A DNA stretch of 62,006 bases, the filler included, from Coriobacteriales bacterium (GTDB lineage Bacteria > Actinomycetota > Coriobacteriia > Coriobacteriales > UBA8131), in NCBI GenBank assembly GCA_031263105.1. It is 5 parts of 5 records of this genome, joined end to end, with 100 filler letters (N's around TTAATTAATTAA, not from the genome) between each part and the next. Parts side by side here need not be neighbours in the genome. Positions count along the whole stretch, not along the records: positions 1 to 23,589 come from JAISGJ010000192.1; positions 23,690 to 32,677 come from JAISGJ010000149.1; 3 more parts are not named here. One strand, written 5' to 3'. The notes beneath the pieces were generated by a model. That model saw only the letters and a list, made by a program, of their open reading frames with translations. It did not search any database and was not told where the DNA came from. The translations under genes and the position numbers were made by a program. This document shows positions 20,223-28,208 of this stretch, piece by piece (positions within the stretch are counted from its first letter, which is position 1; every line of letters starts with the position of its first letter).

Positions 20223-20750
20223 TTGAGGACGGATAAGCAAGAAACGTTGACGCTCGCCTTGCTCGCAGTCTACCTGCTGCTGCTGACGGCGGTTGTTCTT
20301 TTCAAGCTCCCGTTTTACTCACCTGCGGCGGACGAGCGGGCAGTCAACCTGATTCCGCTGATGGGCTCGTTTGACGAGCACGGAGCTCTTGTCGTGTGGG
20401 AGATAGCGTACAACATACTCCTGTTCGTGCCGCTCGGCATCTATATCTGCATGTTGAGAAGCGACTGGCCGCTGCTGAAAAGGGTCATCCCGATCGTCGG
20501 GCTGACCGTGACCTTCGAGGTCGTCCAGTTCGTTTTTGCGCTTGGCATAAGCGACATAACCGACGTCCTCGACAACACGCTCGGAGGAATAATCGGCATC
20601 GGAATCTACACCCTGCTGTCGCGGCTTTTCAGGGACAGGACTGCGAGGATTGCCAACGTGTCTGCTGTCATAGTGACGGTCTGCGTGACAGCACGTTTCG
20701 CCCAACTTTACTATCTCAGCCACTTTGTCATGATGCAACCTGGCATCTGA
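20223..20750 (+). CDS. vanZ: VanZ family membrane protein
   Basis: VNLIP, NILLFVPLGIY, FEVVQF, SDITDVLDNTLGG; TTG start after GGAGG. Confidence 0.88.
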   Translation: MRTDKQETLTLALLAVYLLLLTAVVLFKLPFYSPAADERAVNLIPLMGSFDEHGALVVWEIAYNILLFVPLGIYICMLRSDWPLLKRVIPIVGLTVTFEVVQFVFALGISDITDVLDNTLGGIIGIGIYTLLSRLFRDRTARIANVSAVIVTVCVTARFAQLYYLSHFVMMQPGI

Positions 20751-20771
20751 TATACGCCGCGCTGCCTCGCA

Positions 20772-20956
20772 TTTACGGTTAACACCCCCCCCCCCCCCCC
20801 CCCTGTCATTCCGAGCGCAGCGAAGCGGAGCCGAGGAATCTTTGGTCGCGAAGCGACCAACTGCGGCCAGGGGGCGCTTCGACCTGCGGTCGGCTGCTTC
20901 GCAGCCGAAGATTCCTCGGCGGGGCTCGGAATGACAGTGGGGGTGTGAACAGCAAC
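20772..20956. mobile_element. GTTAC-family MITE-like element, 8-bp TSD GCCTCGCA
   Basis: GCCTCGCA at 20764-20771 and 20957-20964; variant ends TTTAC/GCAAC. Confidence 0.85.
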
Positions 20957-21001
20957 GCCTCGCATCGACCGACACGATGCTTTTGTGCTCGTCATCTGGT
21001 G

Positions 21002-21041
21002 CCACAGGAAAACTACAGCTTGACTACAGGGCAGGCACAGA
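21002..21041 (+). promoter_or_regulatory. VanRB-type binding site (4 heptads, 11-bp period)
   Basis: CCACAGG, CTACAGC, CTACAGG and GCACAGA at 21002, 21013, 21024 and 21035. Confidence 0.8.
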
Positions 21042-21100
21042 TTGGCTCGAAATAATGATACCCACGGTAAGCGTGACGGCTATTTCTTGGGAGGACTTGC

Positions 21101-21901
21101 ATGAGCCGGAAACCATCGAGGCGGGTACAGCAATCCAGACGCATGCTTTTTGCTAAAGCGATAGTGCTGGCTTTATGCGTAACGGCGTTTTTGGTGGCGC
21201 TTTCGTATCTGTGGGGAAAAGGCTTAAAGACCGACGGTCACGCCACTTTGGACTCCGCGCCACAGCAAGCTATCGAGTCGGCAACCGACAGTCCGCCGAG
21301 CAGAGAGCCTCCCGCTCAGCAACGCACGGACAACGGTCGGACTGACGACGAGATGACAGCAGTCACGGCGGAAATCCTGCTCGTGAACGCCGCCAATCCC
21401 TTGCCGGACAACTTTTACCCGGAAAGCCTCGTGAATCTCTATGGACAGGGAGATCGGCACTTCCAGTTGGCGGCATCCGATATTGAGGTCTGTGAGGTTG
21501 TTTTTGAGTCTATGGGTGCACTGTTTGCAGCGGCACAGCGAGACGGCGTAGACGGCTTCGTCATCACCAGCGGTTATCGAACACGGGATGAACAACAGGC
21601 GCTCTATGACTCGACAACCGACGGTACTGCCGCCAAACCCGGCGAGAGCGAACATGAGACCGGGCTTGCCTTTGACGTCGGCGTGATGGACAACGAGCAT
21701 TTTGAGATGACGCCGCAGTACGAGTGGCTTTCCGCCCATTGCGCAGAGTATGGGTTCATCATCCGCTACCCACAGGGCGCAGAGCGTTTGACAGGCTTCC
21801 CGTATGAGCCATGGCATTATCGCTATGTCGGCGAAGAGCACGCAACGATCATCATGAGCAGGGGAATCACTCTGGAACAATACTGCGAAGAACTACGGTA
21901 G
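21101..21901 (+). CDS. vanY: M15B D,D-carboxypeptidase, VanY-like
   Basis: N-terminal TM anchor, SGYRT, SEHETGLAFD (SxHxxGxAxD), YGFIIRYP, EPWHYRYVG. Confidence 0.88.
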   Translation: MSRKPSRRVQQSRRMLFAKAIVLALCVTAFLVALSYLWGKGLKTDGHATLDSAPQQAIESATDSPPSREPPAQQRTDNGRTDDEMTAVTAEILLVNAANPLPDNFYPESLVNLYGQGDRHFQLAASDIEVCEVVFESMGALFAAAQRDGVDGFVITSGYRTRDEQQALYDSTTDGTAAKPGESEHETGLAFDVGVMDNEHFEMTPQYEWLSAHCAEYGFIIRYPQGAERLTGFPYEPWHYRYVGEEHATIIMSRGITLEQYCEELR

Positions 21902-22071
21902 GGGCATAGTCGAAGCCGGAATCAAGCTCTATGCGACATACCGTTCGAGTAACATCATCGTCGCGTTTCATGACGGCACGATCAGACTGTCGCTGCCCGC
22001 AAGCGAGCAGGCCACACTGCAAAACTACAAAGCCGCAGCCTAACGACCCGGTCTTCCTCATAGAGACGAAA

Positions 22072-22133
22072 TGGCGGAGGAGGAGGGATTCGAACCCTCG
22101 AGGCGCTTTTGACGCCTATACGATTTCCAAGCG
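22072..22133 (-). pseudogene. 3' fragment of tRNA-Ser(GGA); probable att site
   Basis: Minus strand shows anticodon loop TTGGAAA, a long variable arm, GGTTCGAATCC and CCGCCA; no D-arm or 5' acceptor strand. Confidence 0.8.
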
Positions 22134-22280
22134 ATTCCCCGACACTTTTTTGCCGTTTTTCGTCTTATAACTTCTTATAAGTCCTCAGATGAAAAAGATA
22201 GAATCGCTGGTAAATCAATGCTTCTCTCATATCCGCTCATAAGCCGACCATAACTTCTTACAACATCTTTTTTGAAAGTA

Positions 22281-22403
22281 GGGCACCAATTCGGGCACCA
22301 TTTTACTGAATGAACACGATTTCTTGCCGTATATTTCGGCAATTCGTGCAATTTCAGCAGATTTCATGCCGATTCGTCTGTATTCGGCACCAATTTGGGC
22401 ACC
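22281..22403. promoter_or_regulatory. Paired direct repeats, candidate integrase arm-type sites
   Basis: GGGCACCAATTCGGGCACCA and GGCACCAATTTGGGCACCA next to the tRNA fragment. Confidence 0.5.
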
Positions 22404-22446
22404 ACACTTTCATCCGTATTATATCTCACCATCAGGAGGTAAACCA

Positions 22447-22875
22447 ATGCTAAATTGCCCTATATCCCACGGCATCGTCAATCCCTCGGGAAAAGTCAAT
22501 AAAGACAAGATCAACCTTGTCTCGGGAGCCGTTACGCCTCCGTTCGCGGAGATGGTCTGGCTGTCATCCGGCGGCGATGCGGAGACCATAAACAGACTGA
22601 CAAGCATTCTCGTATCTATGAATACCCCAAATGAGCGGGAGGCTCTGTTCCGTCTCATTCAGATGCTCTATGGTCTGCTCGGCTTGAAGCTGTCAAAGGA
22701 AGCCTCACTTATGGCAGGAAGCGATGAAGCGCTCGAATACTTCGCGCACTCGTTCATCATCGACTTCGGAGAAGTCATGCACGAATACTTCGCCGAAAGC
22801 ACTCAGAAAAAGGAGCGTCTTTTGCCACCGTTTCACAAGGGCGATGCTACACCTGTCATGTCGAAGTACAATTAA
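22447..22875 (+). CDS. Hypothetical protein
   Basis: AGGAGGT RBS, 142 aa with normal composition, no recognised motif. Confidence 0.65.
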   Translation: MLNCPISHGIVNPSGKVNKDKINLVSGAVTPPFAEMVWLSSGGDAETINRLTSILVSMNTPNEREALFRLIQMLYGLLGLKLSKEASLMAGSDEALEYFAHSFIIDFGEVMHEYFAESTQKKERLLPPFHKGDATPVMSKYN

Positions 22876-23421
22876 GTCAGTCTAAGTGCCTAAGGAGACG
22901 CTGATTTAATCGCCTCTGTTTGCCTTGCCCATCGCTGAAACAGGCGATTCCAGGTCTTTTTGTGCCGCCCCGCCGGCCTTGGCTCTCATCGGCTCCTGTA
23001 AGGCCCTTATCCGGGCGAGGCGAAGGAGCTTTTATATGCGCTCAACACGGCAAACATCGACAGCTACGCCTATTCCCACCCGGACGCGCAGATGCGCGAG
23101 AGCAGCCCGTTCGCGTTTTGCCGAAGGCTTGACGCGCGCAACAGGCCATACCGGACGGAGGTTCAGCTGCACAAGTCGCTTTGCGCGCTTTTGCGTGGCA
23201 TCGACCGTGATGTTGTCACCGCTGTTCAGCGCGAGGCCATATCACGCGTCCGCTGCCTTGCTCGCGGCATAGAGTATCGCTTCTTCAAGACCTACGGGTT
23301 GGAGATAGACGATACGCGCACGGTCTATCCCCTGTGCGCATGGAACCTCGTGCCAAAAGACGACGAGCCTTCGGTGTGCCTTATGAGGGATTGGGCGCTT
23401 CTGCCTTCGGCGTAGCGGACG

Positions 23422-23589
23422 CTATTCAGAGAAGATGTTTCGGACGGTTAGAGTGCCTTCGATGACCTGCCCGTCGGTCATGTCCTCTGAAAGAAGGTAT
23501 GCGCACTCATTCTCAAGCGCAGAGGCGACCATGAGTGAATCGTAGTACGAATAACCGTACTTGCCATGAACGAAAAGGGCTTTCCTGAC
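23422..23589 (-). CDS. PIN/VapC toxin, C-terminal part (cut by gap)
   Basis: Manual translation YSYYDSLMVASALENECAYLLSEDMTDGQVIEG...IFSE*. Confidence 0.8.
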   Translation of the reverse strand, partial: VRKALFVHGKYGYSYYDSLMVASALENECAYLLSEDMTDGQVIEGTLTVRNIFSE

Positions 23590-23689
23590 NNNNNNNNNNN
23601 NNNNNNNNNNNNNNNNNNNNNNNNNNNNNNNNNTTAATTAATTAANNNNNNNNNNNNNNNNNNNNNNNNNNNNNNNNNNNNNNNNNNNN
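23590..23689. other. Artificial contig linker
   Basis: N-run, TTAATTAATTAA, N-run (100 nt). Confidence 0.98.
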
Positions 23690-23860
23690 GACAGAACAGT
23701 ACCGTCCCCACTGTCACACCCACCGTCACACGCGGGCTGTGACAGAACGGTACCGTCCCCACCGTCACACGCGGGCTGTGACAGAACGGTACCGTCCCCA
23801 CCGTCACACGCGGGCTGTGACAGAACGGTACCGTCCCCACCGTCACAGTCCCCACTGTCA
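23690..23860. repeat. 39-bp tandem REP-like hairpin repeat
   Basis: GACAGAACGGTACCGTCCCCACCGTCACACGCGGGCTGT at 23741 and 23780, partial at 23819, variant at 23690. Confidence 0.9.
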
Positions 23861-23861
23861 C

Positions 23862-24194
23862 CCCGCGATCGCGGACTACCTCGACGAGCGTCGGGGTCAC
23901 ATCTGTGCGCTGTTCGCGGAGGTCTGGGAGGGTTGCACGGCCGACGAGGGCATCGAGCTTCTCGGCCAGATGGCGGCGCGCCTCGGCCCGGAGGCGGCCA
24001 GGGACATCCTGGCGCAGCAGCTTCGGGAGTACCGGCACGCCCTGCACGAGCGCACCGAGGAATGCGCAAGGCTCGAAGGCGATGTCCGTGAGGCGCGCCT
24101 CCAGCTGCAGGAGGTCCTCGACTCCCGTTCCTTCAAGGCAGGCAACGCCCTGATGGCGTTCCCGCGTGCGATACGGAGGCTGTTCGGCCGGTAG
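23862..24194 (+). pseudogene. C-terminal fragment of a polysaccharide-biosynthesis-type protein
   Basis: Coiled coil ending LDSRSFKAGNALMAFPRAIRRLF, like the tails of the neighbouring GTs; the 5' part is occupied by repeats and the gap. Confidence 0.55.
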
Positions 24195-24208
24195 CGCCCC
24201 GCATAGCA

Positions 24209-24368
24209 GTTGCTGTTCACACCCCACTGTCATTCCGAGCCTGCCGAGGAATCCTCGACCGCGCAAGCGGTCGACCGCAGGTCGAAGGGGCCCCCGACCT
24301 GCCGTTGGACACTGCGTGTCCAAGGATCCCTCGGCAGGCTCGGAATGACAGTGGGTGCGAACAGTAAC
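24209..24368. mobile_element. GTTAC-family element flanked by an ~18-bp imperfect direct repeat
   Basis: GTTGC...GTAAC; flanks GTAGCGCCCCGCATAGC / GTAGCGCCCCGCACAGC. Confidence 0.8.
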
Positions 24369-24510
24369 GCGTAGCGCCCCGCACAGCGCCCCGCAAGAGG
24401 CAACACAAGGCGGCGTCCCGCCCGTTGATGGTAGAATAGAGGCTTGCAAGAGCGTGCGGCACGAGGTCGGCCGTCACTTCCTGCGGTTATGAGAGGAGAC
24501 CTCCGCGTAT

Positions 24511-26517
24511 ATGAGTGTGCGCTTCACAGGGCGTAGTGTGCTTCTTGTGTTCTGGGACATCGCAGCGACCTACTTCGCCTTCATCTTCGCGAGCGTCGCC
24601 ACGCAACAGACGGAAGGACTGTTCGACAACACTGACTTCCTGTTCCTGTTCGGCCTCCTCGCGGTCATAAACGTCGCCACGCTGCTCACCTTCCGCCTCT
24701 ACAACAACCTCTGGGAGTATGCAGGCACCAGCGAGATGCTCCAGATGGTCTACGCCACCGCCCTCGCGGTGTTTCTGGGTGCGCTCATCCACTATATCGC
24801 CGGCGTCCGTCTCCCCATACGCGTCTATCTGGTGGCGTGGGTGGTGTTCCTGTTCTGTGCAGGGGGCATACGCTTCCTGTTCCGCTACCTCTATCAGGGG
24901 AGGAGGAAGGCGCAGCGGCGCCCGCCGATCGGGGCACGGCCTCGGACGCTCGTCGTGGGGGCGGGGGAGACCGGCTCGCTCACCATCAAGCGCATGGTCG
25001 GCGGGGACTACGCCATGCAGGGGCTGCCGATCGTCGCGGTCGACGACGACCCCCAGAAGATCGGCCAGCGCATCAACGACATCAAGGTGGCAGGCAGCAC
25101 GGCGGACATCCTCGACCTCGTGAGGCGCTTTCAGATAGAGCAGATCGTCGTCGCCATCCCCAGTGCGACGGCAGCGGAGCGCCAGCGCATCTACGGCACC
25201 TGCATCCAGACCAACTGCCATCTGCTCACGCTGCCGAACGTGCGCGACCTGCGCATGGACGAGCTCGACGACGTGCGTCTGCGCGAGGTGGAGCTGACCG
25301 ACCTGCTCTCACGCGAGGAGGTCGTGTTCAACACGCGCATGGCGAGCGGCTACCTCGCCGGGAAGTGCGTCCTTATCACCGGCGGCGGCGGCTCCATAGG
25401 CTCCGAGCTCGCCCGGCAGGTCTGCACCGTTGCGCCTCGGCAGCTGGTCGTCTTCGACATCTACGAGAACACCGCCTACGAGCTCGAGCAGGAGCTCATG
25501 CGGCGCTATGACGACATAGACATCCGCGTGCAGATCGGCTCCGTCTGCGACCAGCGGTGCCTGGACCAGGTGTTCGCCACCTACCGGCCCGACGTGGTGT
25601 TCCATGCGGCCGCGCACAAGCACGTCCCGCTCATGGAGGCCAACCCGCGCGAGGCCGTGCTCAACAACGTCCTCGGGACGCTCGGCGTCGTGCAGGCGGC
25701 GGACCGGTACGGGGCAGGGCACTTCATCTTCATCTCGACCGACAAGGCGGTCAACCCCACCAGCGTCATGGGGGCGACGAAGCGCATGGGCGAGCTGATC
25801 GTGCAGTACTATGCGGCACGCTCGCAGACCTGCTTCACGGCGGTGCGCTTCGGCAACGTGCTGGGCTCGCACGGCAGCGCGATACCGTTCTTCAAGCGGC
25901 AGATAGCCGAGGGGGGCCCGGTGACCATCACGCACCCCGACATCACCCGCTACTTCATGACCATCCCCGAGAGCGCACGGCTGGTGATCCAGGCGGGCGG
26001 CATGGCGCGCGGCGGCGAGATATTCATCCTCGACATGGGCGAGCCCGTCCGTATCGAGGACCTTGCCCGCAAGCTCATACGCCTGAGCGGGCTTACCCCG
26101 GGGGTCGATATCGAGATACGCTACGTCGGCCTGCGCCCGGGCGAGAAGCTGTACGAGGAGCTGCTGATGGAGTCCGAGGCGACCAGCATGACGCAGGTGA
26201 AGGGCGTCATGGTGTCGTCCGGCGTGCCGCTCTCCCAAGAGGCGGTCGCGCAAAGGGTCGAGGCCCTGCGTGCCGCCTTGGACGGTGACGACGCAGGTAT
26301 CCGTGCGGCCTTGGAGGCACAGGTCCCCGACTATCGCCCCGCCCCGCCCCTGGGGAGCGCCCCAGGCGCCCCGCCCGCCCCGCCCGCCCCCGCCCCGCTC
26401 CCCGGCGATTCGGTCGGCAGCTCCGCCCCGCCCCTGGGGAGCGCCCCAGGCGCCCCAGGCGCCCCGCCCGCCCCGCCCGCCCCCGCCCCGCCCGCTCCGG
26501 ACGGCGGCGCGCAATGA
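24511..26517 (+). CDS. CapD/PglF-type nucleoside-diphosphate sugar dehydratase
   Basis: N-terminal TMs, ITGGGGSIGSEL, FHAAAHKHVP, STDKAVNPTSVMGATK, VRFGNVLGS, GLRPGEKLYEEL. Confidence 0.95.
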   Translation: MSVRFTGRSVLLVFWDIAATYFAFIFASVATQQTEGLFDNTDFLFLFGLLAVINVATLLTFRLYNNLWEYAGTSEMLQMVYATALAVFLGALIHYIAGVRLPIRVYLVAWVVFLFCAGGIRFLFRYLYQGRRKAQRRPPIGARPRTLVVGAGETGSLTIKRMVGGDYAMQGLPIVAVDDDPQKIGQRINDIKVAGSTADILDLVRRFQIEQIVVAIPSATAAERQRIYGTCIQTNCHLLTLPNVRDLRMDELDDVRLREVELTDLLSREEVVFNTRMASGYLAGKCVLITGGGGSIGSELARQVCTVAPRQLVVFDIYENTAYELEQELMRRYDDIDIRVQIGSVCDQRCLDQVFATYRPDVVFHAAAHKHVPLMEANPREAVLNNVLGTLGVVQAADRYGAGHFIFISTDKAVNPTSVMGATKRMGELIVQYYAARSQTCFTAVRFGNVLGSHGSAIPFFKRQIAEGGPVTITHPDITRYFMTIPESARLVIQAGGMARGGEIFILDMGEPVRIEDLARKLIRLSGLTPGVDIEIRYVGLRPGEKLYEELLMESEATSMTQVKGVMVSSGVPLSQEAVAQRVEALRAALDGDDAGIRAALEAQVPDYRPAPPLGSAPGAPPAPPAPAPLPGDSVGSSAPPLGSAPGAPGAPPAPPAPAPPAPDGGAQ

Positions 26518-27293
26518 CCGCTCTTCGTCTCCCTAACCTGAGGAAGGACAGCTTCATCCTCACCTCCCTCGTTTCGAGGGACTTCAAGCTCAAGTACCGG
26601 CGCAGCGTGCTCGGAATCGTGTGGAGCGTGCTGAACCCCTTGTTGCAGATGGTCGTGCTCTCGGCGATATTCTCGTTCATCTTCCGCTTCGACATCGAGA
26701 ACTTCCCCCTCTACCTCATCCTGGGCCAGATACTGTTCAACTTCATGTCCACCTCCACCTCGACGGGGGTGGTGTCCATCATCGAGTCGGCCCCCCTCAT
26801 CAAGAAGATACGGGTCAACAAGTTCATCTTCCCTTTGGAGAAGGTGCTCTTCGAGCTCGTGAACTTCGCCCTATCGCTCATTGCGGTGCTACTCGTCATG
26901 ATATATTTCCAGGTGATGCCGACGGCCAACGTCCTGCTCCTGCCGCTGCTGCTGGTCTATATGCTGCTGTTCTGCTCGGGGCTTGCGCTCCTGCTCGCGG
27001 CCTTGGCGGTGTTCTTCCGCGACATCATCTACCTCTGGGGCGTGGTGACGCTCACGTGGATGTATGCGACGCCGCTGTTCTACCCCATCAGCGCACTGGC
27101 AGACTGGATGCAGCAGATCATGCAGTTCAACCCCATGTACCACTACGTGACCTACTTCCGGGAGATTGCTCTCTGGGGCACGACCCCCGGCCTGCTTGAG
27201 AACCTGCTGTGCCTGGGGATGGCCCTGCTCACCTTCGCGGTCGGCTTCCTGGTCTTCCGCAAGAGCCAAAAGAAGTTCATCCTCTATGTGTAA
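26514..27293 (+). CDS. wzm: ABC-2 polysaccharide export permease
   Basis: RDFKLKYRRSVLGIVWSVLNPL, VFFRD, YATPLFYP, NPMYH. Confidence 0.92.
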   Translation: MTALRLPNLRKDSFILTSLVSRDFKLKYRRSVLGIVWSVLNPLLQMVVLSAIFSFIFRFDIENFPLYLILGQILFNFMSTSTSTGVVSIIESAPLIKKIRVNKFIFPLEKVLFELVNFALSLIAVLLVMIYFQVMPTANVLLLPLLLVYMLLFCSGLALLLAALAVFFRDIIYLWGVVTLTWMYATPLFYPISALADWMQQIMQFNPMYHYVTYFREIALWGTTPGLLENLLCLGMALLTFAVGFLVFRKSQKKFILYV

Positions 27294-27370
27294 GATCCTT
27301 CGGCTGCGGGGCTTCGCCCCGGAGTTTACCCTGAGCGCAGCCGAAGGGCTCAGGATGACAGTGGGGTGCG
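27294..27370. repeat. Half copy of the palindromic element between wzm and wzt
   Basis: GATCCTTCGG...CTCAGGATGACAGTGGGGTG. Confidence 0.75.
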
Positions 27371-27395
27371 AGTTGCGACTGTGTAAGGAATACGG

Positions 27396-28208
27396 ATGCC
27401 GGATATGAGGAGGAATGTGGACAAGGGCGTGGCCGTCAGGGAGCCGACGAGCGATCAGCGCATCCCCCAGGACGGATATGCCGTGCGCCTTGAGCAGGTG
27501 GGCATGTCGTTCAACATGGCGAGCGAGCAGCTTCACAGCCTCAAGGAGTACTTCATCAAGCTCGTCCGCCGGGAGCTGTTCTTCAAGGAGTTCGTCGCGC
27601 TCGAAGGCATCTCGCTTGACGTGAAAAAGGGCGACGTGTACGGGATCGTGGGCACCAACGGCTCGGGGAAGTCCACCCTGCTCAAGATCATCGCCGGCGT
27701 GCTGGAGCCGACAAGGGGCAGGTGTCTGGTCGAGGGCAACATCGCCCCCCTCATCGAGCTGGGGGCCGGCTTCGACTTCGAGCTGACCGCCCGGGAGAAC
27801 ATCTATCTCAACGGGGCCCTGCTCGGCTACAGCAAGGCCTTCATCACCGAGTGCTTCGACGAGATAGTCGCGTTCGCCGAGATGCAGAGCTTCCTCGAAC
27901 TTCCTATGAAGAACTACTCGTCCGGCATGGTGGCGCGCCTCGCGTTCGCCATCGCGACCATCATCGTGCCTGACATCCTCATCGTCGACGAGACCCTTGC
28001 GGTGGGCGACATCTTCTTCCGCGAGAAGTGCGAGAAGAAGATACGCAGCCTCATAGACGAGCATCGAACGACGGTCCTGTTCGTCTCCCACAGCATAGAC
28101 GAGGTCGAGCGCATCTGTAAGAACGCGATTTGGATCGAGAAGGGCCGGATGATGATGAATTCGACGACGGACGAGGTCTGCGCAGCCTACAAAGGAAGCG
28201 CCAAATGA
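27396..28208 (+). CDS. wzt: Polysaccharide ABC exporter ATP-binding protein
   Basis: GTNGSGKSTL, YSSGMVARLAF, DETLAVGD, VSHS; start approximate. Confidence 0.92.
   Translation: MPDMRRNVDKGVAVREPTSDQRIPQDGYAVRLEQVGMSFNMASEQLHSLKEYFIKLVRRELFFKEFVALEGISLDVKKGDVYGIVGTNGSGKSTLLKIIAGVLEPTRGRCLVEGNIAPLIELGAGFDFELTARENIYLNGALLGYSKAFITECFDEIVAFAEMQSFLELPMKNYSSGMVARLAFAIATIIVPDILIVDETLAVGDIFFREKCEKKIRSLIDEHRTTVLFVSHSIDEVERICKNAIWIEKGRMMMNSTTDEVCAAYKGSAK

Noticed and set aside
20785..20803. Long poly-C tract as a phase-variation switch (also C/G-rich degraded stretches at 7370-7520 and 61800-62006)
   Set aside because: It lies within a hairpin element where sequencing quality typically collapses; probably an artefact, and it is not in a CDS or promoter
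18177..21901. Claim of VanB-type vancomycin resistance
   Set aside because: No D-Ala-D-Lac ligase, VanH or VanX in the window; regulators plus VanY/VanZ do not establish resistance
22072..22160. Functional tRNA-Ser
   Set aside because: The 5' acceptor strand and D-arm are missing; treated as an att remnant
23092..23415. 107-aa ORF inside the putative island
   Set aside because: No clear start, RBS or recognisable motif; may be a gene remnant but cannot be supported
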